The position numbers and the translations under genes were made by a program. The notes beneath the pieces are model-generated. The model was not told where the DNA came from. It saw nothing but the letters and a program-made list of their open reading frames with translations, and ran no database searches. From the NCBI GenBank assembly GCA_964574365.1, contig CAZNND010000008.1, forward strand, positions 7,121 through 71,120: DNA of 64,000 bases, in the 5' to 3' direction. Shown piece after piece: positions 28,139-36,779 of this stretch (the first letter of the stretch is position 1; each line of letters begins with the position of its first letter). Source of the stretch: an uncultured Limnohabitans sp. Its GTDB lineage: Bacteria; Bacteroidota; Bacteroidia; Cytophagales; Cyclobacteriaceae.

Positions 28139-30235
28139 ATGACCTCAACCTCCCAAAAGATCGGCAAGCTTCTGCTTCCGGTTTTTCTTTTGATCTCCTT
28201 CCTAGCCCAAGCCCAATTGGTAAAGCCTCCTAAGTGGACGTTTTCTTTAGAACCAAGGGAACTACAGGTGGGAGAAAAAGCCACAGTGATCATGGAGGCG
28301 GAAATTCCGATGGGTTGGTATGTGTATTCCAATGATTTTGACAAGGATTTGGGTCCACTTCTGACCGAGTTTGTTCCTGCCGAATCGGGGAACTTCGAAG
28401 TGGCCTCCAAACTCAAAGCCATCAACCCCAAGAAAAAGTTTGATGAGGTCTGGAAAGGTGATGTCACCTATTTTATGGGGAAAGGGCGCTTTGAGCAGCC
28501 CATCATGATCAAAGCTTCTTCGGGTACGGTTAAAGCCTCGCTCGAATATCAAATGTGTTCTGACCTGACTGGGCAATGCATCAATTATGAGCAGGATATT
28601 GAGATCAAGTTTACGGCGAAGGAAGGCACGCCGAAACCACTACCTTCCATGGTTGAGGAAGTACCTGCTAATTCAGAAGTAGTTGAGGTAAAAACAGAAA
28701 CTATTTTTCAAGATTCGGTAACAACAGATTCACCATTTTTACTGACAGAAACAGAAAGCAGCGCGATTTCGGAATCCCAAGATTTCACTGCCGAAGGAGA
28801 AACTGAATCGCTGTGGGGTTTTATGGTCTTGTCCTTCTTGGCCGGATTGGCGGCATTGATTACGCCATGTGTATTTCCGATGATACCAATGACGGTGAGT
28901 TTTTTTACTGGTCGATCTAAATCCAAAGCACAAGGTATTCGCCAAGCGTTCATTTATGGGATCTCAATTATTGCTATTTATACGGTTGCTGGTACTGCCG
29001 TAGCCGCTATCCAAGGTCCTGAGTTTGCCAACTGGCTGGCGACACACTGGATTCCAAATGTGTTCTTCTTCGGAATCTTCATCTTTTTCGCACTGGCGTT
29101 CTTAGGCATGTTTGAGCTGACTTTACCATCCAGCTTTGTCAATAAAATCGATGCAAAGGCTGAAAAAGGTGGACTGGGTGGCGTATTCTTCATGGCATTC
29201 ACTTTGGTGTTGGTATCTTTTTCCTGCACCGGACCGATTGTCGGATCAATCCTGATTTCCTCTGCTGGCGGTGAATTGGTCAAACCGGTGTTGGGTATGT
29301 TCTCCTTCGGCTTGGCCTTTGCCATTCCGTTTACCTTGTTTGCGATTTTCCCGGAATGGATGCAGCGGCTACCAAAGTCTGGCGGTTGGCTGAATTCGGT
29401 AAAGGTGGTTTTGGGCTTCTTGGAACTTGCCCTTGCCTTCAAATTCCTTTCCATTGCTGACTTGGTATATCATTGGGGCATTTTGGATCGGGATATTTTC
29501 TTGGCGATTTGGATTGTGATTTTCTCTGCTTTGGGACTTTATCTCTTGGGAAAAATCAGACTGCCTCACGATTCCAAACTGGATCACATTGGCGTTCCTA
29601 GATTGCTTTTGGCCTTGCTGACCTTTGCTTTTGTGGTCCACATGATTCCCGGACTTTGGGGCGCTCCGCTCAAAATCCTTAGCGGATACCTGCCTCCGAT
29701 CACTACCCAACAATTTAAAATAGAGGGTGGTATCGCTTCAGGGGATGTTCCTTCCAACGCTACAGAAGTGATAAAGTACAGTGATCGGCTGAAAATCCCG
29801 CATGGAATCCAGGGTTACTTCGAATACGAACAAGCTTTGCAAGCCGCAAAGAGGGAAGGAAAGCCACTTTTGATCGACTTCACCGGACATGGCTGCGTGA
29901 ATTGCCGAAAGATGGAAGAAAATGTCTGGGTCAATCCCCAGGTGTTGAAGCGCCTGAAGGAAGATTTTGTAATGGTGGCACTCTATATCGACGAGCGGCT
30001 GGAACTTCCGGAAAGCGACTGGTACACCTCAAGCTATGACGGCAAAGTGAAAAAAACGCTTGGAAAACAAAACGCCGATTTCCAGATCACCCGATTCAAC
30101 AACAATGCCCAGCCGTATTATGTCATCTTAGATCATAAAGAACAGCTTTTGGCCAAGCCAAGAGGATATAATACCGATATCGCGGCATTTGTGGAGTTTT
30201 TGGATGGGGCGAAGAAAATTTTCAATGAGCAATGA
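28139..30235 (+). CDS. DsbD-family thiol:disulfide interchange protein (N-terminal domain, DsbD membrane core, C-terminal thioredoxin)
   Basis: Membrane-core Cys motifs (ITPCVFPMIP, SFSCTGPIVG) and a C-terminal thioredoxin fold with GHGCVNCRKME. Confidence 0.85.
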   Translation: MTSTSQKIGKLLLPVFLLISFLAQAQLVKPPKWTFSLEPRELQVGEKATVIMEAEIPMGWYVYSNDFDKDLGPLLTEFVPAESGNFEVASKLKAINPKKKFDEVWKGDVTYFMGKGRFEQPIMIKASSGTVKASLEYQMCSDLTGQCINYEQDIEIKFTAKEGTPKPLPSMVEEVPANSEVVEVKTETIFQDSVTTDSPFLLTETESSAISESQDFTAEGETESLWGFMVLSFLAGLAALITPCVFPMIPMTVSFFTGRSKSKAQGIRQAFIYGISIIAIYTVAGTAVAAIQGPEFANWLATHWIPNVFFFGIFIFFALAFLGMFELTLPSSFVNKIDAKAEKGGLGGVFFMAFTLVLVSFSCTGPIVGSILISSAGGELVKPVLGMFSFGLAFAIPFTLFAIFPEWMQRLPKSGGWLNSVKVVLGFLELALAFKFLSIADLVYHWGILDRDIFLAIWIVIFSALGLYLLGKIRLPHDSKLDHIGVPRLLLALLTFAFVVHMIPGLWGAPLKILSGYLPPITTQQFKIEGGIASGDVPSNATEVIKYSDRLKIPHGIQGYFEYEQALQAAKREGKPLLIDFTGHGCVNCRKMEENVWVNPQVLKRLKEDFVMVALYIDERLELPESDWYTSSYDGKVKKTLGKQNADFQITRFNNNAQPYYVILDHKEQLLAKPRGYNTDIAAFVEFLDGAKKIFNEQ

Positions 30236-30256
30236 GCAATGAGCAATTACCAATTT

Positions 30257-30291
30257 TCAATGTTCAAGGAAGAATTTTTCTTGAACATTGA
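30257..30291. terminator. 12-bp stem hairpin in the convergent intergenic region
   Basis: TCAATGTTCAAG-N11-CTTGAACATTGA. No clean T tract, so its function as a terminator is uncertain. Confidence 0.45.
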
Positions 30292-30363
30292 TGATTATTT
30301 CGCAATGATCAATGTTCAAGGATTTCCCTCCCCTGAGCATTGAAAATTGAGTTTGATGATTGA

Positions 30364-30822
30364 TCATTCAAATCGCCAAGGATCAAAAGGAAAATCTTCC
30401 TGGTCAACAATCTGAATGGCTGAAAAATCCTGATGATGTGGATTGATCAAAAAGTTGAAATCACCAGGTATCACATCTGAAGCCACCTTCAAAACACAAT
30501 TTTTCCGCTCAGTTACAAACACATCTCCAATCTTTTGGGCGTCTAAAATTTGAGGAAGGCTATTCCAAATGGGAGGTAAGTTTTCTTTGAATGGCATAGT
30601 GATCGAAATGTAACTTGGGAAATCAATTTCAACCATTATAAAGTCCTTTGGCAAAATGGATAAGGAAAGGTGCACTGACACTTCAGCCATCGCCAAAGCC
30701 CGACCGTCCGCCCAGTAAATCAGCTCGGTTCCTTTGGAATTCCATCGATTACCAGAGAGGGCAGCACCTTTTCCGGATAACTCTATTCCATACTTTTTTC
30801 GTATTATCCGAAAAACCCGCAT
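30364..30822 (-). CDS. RES-domain toxin (type II TA, RES-Xre family)
   Basis: 152 aa. The N-terminus RVFRI..KY....SGKGAALSGNRWNSKGTELIYWA is typical of RES domain proteins. Its ATG overlaps the upstream antitoxin's stop by 1 nt. Confidence 0.8.
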   Translation of the reverse strand: MRVFRIIRKKYGIELSGKGAALSGNRWNSKGTELIYWADGRALAMAEVSVHLSLSILPKDFIMVEIDFPSYISITMPFKENLPPIWNSLPQILDAQKIGDVFVTERKNCVLKVASDVIPGDFNFLINPHHQDFSAIQIVDQEDFPFDPWRFE

Positions 30823-31250
30823 TAGACAAAAACACCTTGATCGATCCGATGAAGCTCATTAAGCACCAATTCTTTTCCGTAAGAATACCTAAGTAGCTCG
30901 ATAGGACGTCGATTCCCGAGTGCATGGCTGCTGGCATTAAGCCAAGCGGTAAAATCCTCACCTTTGTCAAACACCTCCAAACCTACAGCAGTCACTTCCA
31001 TCAACTCGATGATCTTCTCTGAGTGAATCGAGCGGAAGATATAGCCCGATTCTTTTTTGTAGCGCTGGAGCGACTTAAGAGAAATGTCCAAAAAATCAGA
31101 CCACTCCTGATCGGAAAATGGAGTCATCTCCTTGATAGACAAAAAAAGAGAAATGGGAATACCCTGAAGAATCAAATCCACCGCTAGCATCCTATCCGAA
31201 AAAACCTGCTTAAAGAGCCCCCCTTCAAGATTGGATATCGTGAATAACAA
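30822..31250 (-). CDS. Xre-like antitoxin with C-terminal DUF2384 (toxin-binding) domain
   Basis: FSDQEWSDFLDISLKSLQRYKK (HTH-like) and WLNASSHALGNRRPIELLRYSYGKELVLNELHRIDQGVF (DUF2384 signature). TTG start at 31250 is uncertain; an internal ATG 60 nt downstream is possible. Confidence 0.75.
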   Translation of the reverse strand: MLFTISNLEGGLFKQVFSDRMLAVDLILQGIPISLFLSIKEMTPFSDQEWSDFLDISLKSLQRYKKESGYIFRSIHSEKIIELMEVTAVGLEVFDKGEDFTAWLNASSHALGNRRPIELLRYSYGKELVLNELHRIDQGVFV

Positions 31251-31328
31251 GGAAGGCTGGTAACATGGGTGGCCATCTCCTCCGCTACCCTATTTATGTG
31301 TTGAAAATCAGAATCGCTCACGTCATAT

Positions 31329-31357
31329 AAATTTGTCTGTTATTTTATGACAAATTT
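31329..31357. promoter_or_regulatory. 9-bp inverted repeat, candidate operator upstream of the TA operon
   Basis: AAATTTGTC-N11-GACAAATTT lies about 80 nt upstream of the antitoxin start and just downstream of the response-regulator gene. An AT-rich stem without a T tract argues against a terminator. Confidence 0.3.
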
Positions 31358-31403
31358 TCAGAAATGGTTTTCGAATTCCTATTTTTCAATTTTCCCGTAA
31401 AAA

Positions 31404-32054
31404 TTAACCCTCAATAATCCGGTTTTTCACCGCCTTTTGGACGGCCTCAATTTTATTGTGAACTTGGAGTTTGGCGTAGATATTCTCAATATGCTTCCGG
31501 ACAGTTTTGGGTGAAATGAACTGATTTTCACCGATTTGCTGATAGGTGAGACCTTTAGCCGTTTGTTCAAGAATTTCTATTTCCCTAACGGTAAGCCTTG
31601 TTTCTTCCCTGGTTTCTGTGAAACCTGGAGGGTTTCGAAGCAGTTTTAAGGCTTTCATCGCAATGGATGGATTCATCACTGCACCTCCATTGAGGACATC
31701 CAAAATTCCCTGATGCAGGGTAGGTGGATCTACTTCCTTGAGGAAGTATCCGTTGGCACCGGCCTGAATCGAGCGGAAAATGTTTTCGTCATTATCGAAT
31801 ACGGTCAGCATGATGATCTTTATCTGTGGATATCGTTGGTTAATCTGAGCGATTGCTTCAATCCCTTTCATTTTGGGCATTTCGATATCCATCAGAATCA
31901 CCTGGATAGTTGAATCCTCCTGTAGTTTTTGTAAAAGCTCTTCTCCATTGGATGCCCAAAATTTGATTTCAAGATAAGAGAAAATAGAAAGCTTTTCTAG
32001 GATAGCCCTGAGCAGGTAACTGTTATCCTCCGCAATTGCAAGGTTGATTTTCAT
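31404..32054 (-). CDS. response regulator, NarL/LuxR family
   Basis: REC domain (ILMDIEMPKMKG, IIMLTVF, K in YFLKE) plus a C-terminal LuxR HTH (LTVREIEILEQTAKGLTYQQIGENQFISPKTVRKHIENIYAKL). Confidence 0.9.
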   Translation of the reverse strand: MKINLAIAEDNSYLLRAILEKLSIFSYLEIKFWASNGEELLQKLQEDSTIQVILMDIEMPKMKGIEAIAQINQRYPQIKIIMLTVFDNDENIFRSIQAGANGYFLKEVDPPTLHQGILDVLNGGAVMNPSIAMKALKLLRNPPGFTETREETRLTVREIEILEQTAKGLTYQQIGENQFISPKTVRKHIENIYAKLQVHNKIEAVQKAVKNRIIEG

Positions 32055-32122
32055 CCCTATTCTCTTTTTGTTTTAGCAATCAAACAAGAACCTTCAAAAA
32101 CCCAAATTATTCAACAGGATGG

Positions 32123-33986
32123 TCAACAGATGCTTATCATGGTGCCATAACCCGCTTGGGAAACAATCTTTAATTCTTTACCGATACGTTCTGCACGTTT
32201 TTCATAGTGCTCATACCATTACCGTTCCTGGTTTCAGTCCCTAATCCCTTTCCGTTATACATTACAGAAAGACTGATTTGATTTTCTCTAAGTTGTGATA
32301 TAAAGATTTCGACTTTGCTAGCGTGTGAATGCTTGATTGCGTTGTTTACTGCTTCCTGTGCAATCCTATAAAAATTCACTCCTTCCAAAGAATTAAGGTT
32401 AAGCTGTTCAGTCATTTTTTCGTCAAGGTGCAGTTCAAACTGGATATTCAGGCAGGAATCTTTTGCTTTTTGTAACAATCCAGCAAGTCTTCCGCAAAGG
32501 TTCTGAAGTGAAATTACGTCTTTGTTCATTGCCCAAATAGTATCCCTAAGCTCATTGATTATATCGGTTGTAAAGTGGGAAATCTGATCGAGTATTTCCC
32601 CGAGCTTTTCTTTGCCTAAGTTGACATACTTCAGCGTAGTCAATGAGGAAATAATAAAGGTAAGTTGGGCTCCTATATTGTCATGGGGGTCGGCAGCTAT
32701 TCGGTTTTGCTGGTCTTGAAGTCGCTTTTGGGTTTCTTGCTCTGCGTAAAAAGACTTAAGCTTGGCATCTTTTTCCAATTGAAGGGCTTGGTTTTTTTGA
32801 CGGTAATAAACGAAAAACGAGAAGCCCAAAATCAACAAGAGGGCTAAGACAAGGAGCAAGATCTGGTTGTTTCGGGTTTCAACCAACAGTTTGTTTTCCG
32901 TCAAGGCCACCTGCGATTCGGCAAGTTGTCGTTCCTTTTGTTCCACTTCATAGAGGGTCTGGATTTCACCGATCATCCTAATTCTGTCTTCCTTAAATAT
33001 GCTGTACTTCAGTTCGGAGTATTTTTCCAGGTAATCCAATGATTTAGTAAGATTTCCTCTCTTTCGGTGGAATTTGAATTGCTCGTAGAGATAATCTCTC
33101 AACTTTTCTCTTGATTCACTTGCCAAGACATACTTGTAAGCAGAATCCATCAAAAATTCTGCTTCGCGATAGTTTTCAAGGAGATAGGCAATGGTCGCAA
33201 GGTTAGTATAATTGGTGGCTATTTTATAACTATTAGCTGCTCTGTAGTTGAACTTTAGCGATTTCTGTATCCATTTCTTTGCATCTGCAAAGTTTTTCTT
33301 TTTTAAAAGGGTGTTTCCTATATTATTAAACGTATTGGTAATTTCCGCACTGTCAAGCTCGGGATAAAGATCAAAAACCTGGTAGTGATAAAAAAGGGCG
33401 GAATCAGGCTTGTCCCAATCATCAAAATTGATGGCGATGGCATACAGGGCAAGAGCTTTAGTCTTGGGAAGTGCTTTTTTGTATGACTGTAGAATTTGCA
33501 GCCCTTTTTTTCCAAACTCCACGCCTTTATCGTATTGCTCCATGTCATGATAGACAATGGCGATGTCCGCAAGCGAATACCCGATTCTGTTGGTATCCTG
33601 TACAAGCTATGCACTTTCCAGTGCCTTTTGTCCATAGAACATGGCCATTTCTCAGTTCCCCAGAATAGATTCAAGGTACGCAAGGTGCTCATAGGCAGTA
33701 AGGTATATTTCTGGCTGCTAGTTCAAGTTTAGGTGTTCCACTGCCTTTAGGAAGGTTTTTATTGCATCTCTGCGTTGACCATCATTCATTTGATAGGTTC
33801 CCTTATAAAAATAATATGCCACTGAATCTGATTTGGTTTTGAGTTCTTTTTCGATTTTATCCAAAAACACAGGAGCTGATTGAGCATCTTTTATCCCTTT
33901 TTCGAGCCTAGTCTTTAAGTCCTGTCCAATTGACCAACTCGCCAAACTCAAAAAGATCCAATGAAAAATAAGAATCTAAGTGGCAT
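32123..33986 (-). pseudogene. TPR-containing sensor histidine kinase (NarX/LiaS-like HisKA_3 type), multiply disrupted
   Basis: In one frame: ...AVEHLNLN*QPEIYLTAYEHLAYLESILGN*EMAMFYGQKALESA*LVQDTNRIGYSLADIAIVYHDMEQYDKG... The stops are at 33718-20 (TAG), 33652-54 (TGA) and 33607-09 (TAG). A C-terminal frame change at the homopolymer 32198-32202 restores MKKRAERIGKELKIVSQAGYGTMISIC*, ending at 32123. A probable N-terminal frameshift lies near 33960-33975. An H-box-like PHDNIGAQLT is present. Confidence 0.7.
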
Positions 33987-34228
33987 AGGTAAACGGTTTA
34001 TTAACCGGAATTCACCAACTGAGAAATCGTATTAATTTACTGAACTGTGGGGTTATTGATTATAAATTAATCGTTTTGAATGAGAGTTTAATCTTTGCTT
34101 AGCTTGAGAAATATGAATACGATTTCTGATGCATTTCTTAGGGTGATTTAAAGTATGACAAACAGATAAAAAAAAATACCTTTTGACCTACAATAGGGCA
34201 AAAGGCATTTTATCAGATAAAATAAAAA

Positions 34229-35002
34229 TCAAGGATAAATCTCTTCCAAAATCTGTGCTAATCGTACACTGGCCGCTATCATTCGCTCCTCGGCAATGTG
34301 ATAATTTTCATACATGTATTGATAGCTGATTTTCTTATTCTCTGGAAGTTTGTACACCATTGGACGATAGCTTACTGCCTCATTCAACCAATCTATCATG
34401 GAAGCCGAACGGTACTTGGCACGAAGTTCGGGTGTTAATCGGCGATATAATTCATTGGCTATTTCAGTATAGCTCATGCCCTGTCTATCGATCATTCCAC
34501 TATCCCAAAGCGCATGAAGATTGGTAGGTTGATTAAAAAATTCAATTTTTACATCATTTCCACCGCGGTCATCACCAGTACCAACATGCAGCGGCTGATG
34601 AATATCCTCCACCATGTGAATCAGCATTTTAAGCTTTTCCGATTCGGTTTTGGGGTCTAATCCTCCTTTTTTTAGCTCAGCCTTGATCCGTTGGATGGCC
34701 TCGTATGCATCACCGGTTTTTTCCTGTGTGGAGGGGTCATACTCTCCATTTTTACTGTTGAGGTAGTGCCAAGTGGTCGCATAATCGTAACTCCTATCGG
34801 AACGGATATCATCCATCCAGGTACCACTTTTACTCAAAGAGACAGGATATAGGATTCTCTCTATCTTCTTTTTGGTTGATTTTTTCATCTGTCGCTCAGC
34901 CATAAATCCAATCAGGTAATGGCCCAATTGCCCCCAAGCAAAAGCCTGGGAAGAGAGAACGCTGAGAAATAATGTGAGCGTTATAATTTGAAGTCTTTTC
35001 AT
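34229..35002 (-). CDS. S1/P1-family nuclease, secreted
   Basis: Signal peptide, then the WGQLGHYLIGFMAE N-terminal Trp/His ligands. HMVEDIHQPLH and NLHALWD motifs. Confidence 0.85.
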   Translation of the reverse strand: MKRLQIITLTLFLSVLSSQAFAWGQLGHYLIGFMAERQMKKSTKKKIERILYPVSLSKSGTWMDDIRSDRSYDYATTWHYLNSKNGEYDPSTQEKTGDAYEAIQRIKAELKKGGLDPKTESEKLKMLIHMVEDIHQPLHVGTGDDRGGNDVKIEFFNQPTNLHALWDSGMIDRQGMSYTEIANELYRRLTPELRAKYRSASMIDWLNEAVSYRPMVYKLPENKKISYQYMYENYHIAEERMIAASVRLAQILEEIYP

Positions 35003-35059
35003 AATAGGTTATAAATGTCAGTAACAGTTCACTTCGAGGCCAAAGTGAGGACTTAGAAG

Positions 35060-36250
35060 TTAACTTTTAGAAAGCTCGAATACTGCCAACCAAGCCATTA
35101 GACCTGCACCGATTTCCAGTGCATCTTCCTCAATATCGAAAGTGGGCGTATGAACTCCGGAGACAATACCCCTAGCTTCATTCCGAGTTCCTAAACGGTA
35201 AAAACAGCCGTCAATTTCCTGGGAATAAAAGGCAAAATCCTCCGCTGCCATCCAAATATCCAGATCGAGGACATTTTCCTCTCCCAAATAGTCGCGGGCA
35301 GCTTCCATGGATCTGGCAGTCAATTCAGGATCATTTTTTAGAAATGGATAGCCTTTTCTGATTTCGAAGTCAAGTTTACCCCCCATGCCTTCCACAATAC
35401 CATGGGCAATTTGAAGCATTTTTTCATGCGCTTTTGCTCTCCAAGTTTCATCCAGTGTACGGAAGGTTCCTTGGATTTTCACTTCATTGGGGATCACATT
35501 GGTAGCTCCCAAGGCCTCCACCCTACCAAAGGAAAGAACAGAGGGTATTTTGGGATTTGCGACCCGACTGACAATCTGCTGAAGTGCCACAATCATGTGT
35601 GAAGTAATCAACACCGGATCGATAAAAGTTTCAGGCATTGCGCCATGACCGCCCTTTCCGGTGACGGTGATGTAAATTTCATCGGTACTTGCCATGTAGA
35701 GTCCGGGACGAAAACCAACCTTTCCGGCAGGAATCATAGGCATCACATGTTGTCCGAAAATGGAAGCAGGCCGTGGCTTTTCAAGTACCTGATCTTTGAT
35801 CATCAGAGACGCACCACCGGGAACAAGCTCTTCACCGGGTTGAAAAATCAACTTGATGGTTCCTTCAAACTGATCCTTGATTTCGTTGAGGATTTTTGCA
35901 GCTCCAAGAAGAGATGCAGTGTGCGCATCATGTCCGCAGGCGTGCATGACACCAGGATTTTGGGATTTATAGGGGGTATTGTTGGCCTCCATGATGGGAA
36001 GTGCATCCATATCGGCACGGAGTGCGACTATTTTTTTATCTGGATTTTTGCCCTTGATTAAAGCAGCCCAACCCGTGGTCGCCTTCGATTCAATTTCACT
36101 AATTCCAATTTGAAGTAGCTTTTCCTTTACAAATGCGGCAGTCTTAAATTCTTTGAAAGAAAGCTCAGGATTGGCATGGAGATGTCTTCGGGTAGAAATG
36201 ACTTCCTCCTTATATGCCTTAGCAAGGGATTTAATTCTTTGCAGGAGCAT
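35060..36250 (-). CDS. M20D-family amidohydrolase (N-acyl-amino-acid amidohydrolase-like)
   Basis: 396 aa. MHACGHDAH, FQPGEE and GGHGAMP motifs. Confidence 0.85.
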   Translation of the reverse strand: MLLQRIKSLAKAYKEEVISTRRHLHANPELSFKEFKTAAFVKEKLLQIGISEIESKATTGWAALIKGKNPDKKIVALRADMDALPIMEANNTPYKSQNPGVMHACGHDAHTASLLGAAKILNEIKDQFEGTIKLIFQPGEELVPGGASLMIKDQVLEKPRPASIFGQHVMPMIPAGKVGFRPGLYMASTDEIYITVTGKGGHGAMPETFIDPVLITSHMIVALQQIVSRVANPKIPSVLSFGRVEALGATNVIPNEVKIQGTFRTLDETWRAKAHEKMLQIAHGIVEGMGGKLDFEIRKGYPFLKNDPELTARSMEAARDYLGEENVLDLDIWMAAEDFAFYSQEIDGCFYRLGTRNEARGIVSGVHTPTFDIEEDALEIGAGLMAWLAVFELSKS

Positions 36251-36776
36251 TTGGATCGTATGTAAGAGGGGGCACGTATTCTTTTCTTTGAAATCTATCC
36301 TGAATAATTCTTGCCGAAGGAAAAACTGATTTTACCCTTGAAAAAACACGCTGGGCTTCAAGCTTGTAGGCATACTGTCCAACTTTGACCAAATACCTTG
36401 GTTGTTGGTATAGCATGTCAGGTGAATAATCAGGGAAATATAAACTTAGATCATCCCTTGTTTTAAATGCTATGCTACGATCTATCCCAGAGTAAATAAG
36501 CACTGTAAATCCGCTAAAGAATGGCTCAGATTTATTTTTTTCATAAATCTTATTTCGAAGACTCGCCAACTCATCATCCACAGACAAAGAGGAAGACAGG
36601 ACTTCCTGAACAGGAACCTTTCCAACTTGGCGAAAATCCGGGAAATCAGGTAATGTACTGGTTAAATTTTCCTGATAATTGACTAAAGAGGGTAGTCCTT
36701 CAATGGGAATATTGGTTGTGGGTTTACAGGCCCAAACAAGGATTAAAAGACCAATTATCCAGAATTTTTCCATCAT
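36231..36776 (-). CDS. SPOR-domain lipoprotein
   Basis: Lipobox LVWAC. The C-terminal FTVLIYSG...YLVKVGQYAYKLEAQRVFSRVKSVFPSARII resembles a SPOR fold pattern. Confidence 0.65.
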   Translation of the reverse strand: MMEKFWIIGLLILVWACKPTTNIPIEGLPSLVNYQENLTSTLPDFPDFRQVGKVPVQEVLSSSLSVDDELASLRNKIYEKNKSEPFFSGFTVLIYSGIDRSIAFKTRDDLSLYFPDYSPDMLYQQPRYLVKVGQYAYKLEAQRVFSRVKSVFPSARIIQDRFQRKEYVPPLTYDPNAPAKN

Positions 36777-36779
36777 GCT

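Noticed and set aside
33318-33732. Track ORFs 33318-33692 (-), 33471-33668 (+) and 33496-33732 (+) in the kinase 5' region.
   Set aside because: They are in frames other than the one giving continuous TPR-like sequence. The biologically meaningful reading is the stop-interrupted frame described under the pseudogene.
17465-33986. The in-frame stops might reflect recoding (selenocysteine, pyrrolysine, an alternative genetic code or programmed readthrough).
   Set aside because: All three stop codons (TAA, TAG, TGA) occur as interruptions. The same codons terminate the roughly 50 intact genes at expected lengths. Frameshifts accompany the stops in the same genes. Ordinary pseudogenisation or assembly error is the simpler explanation.
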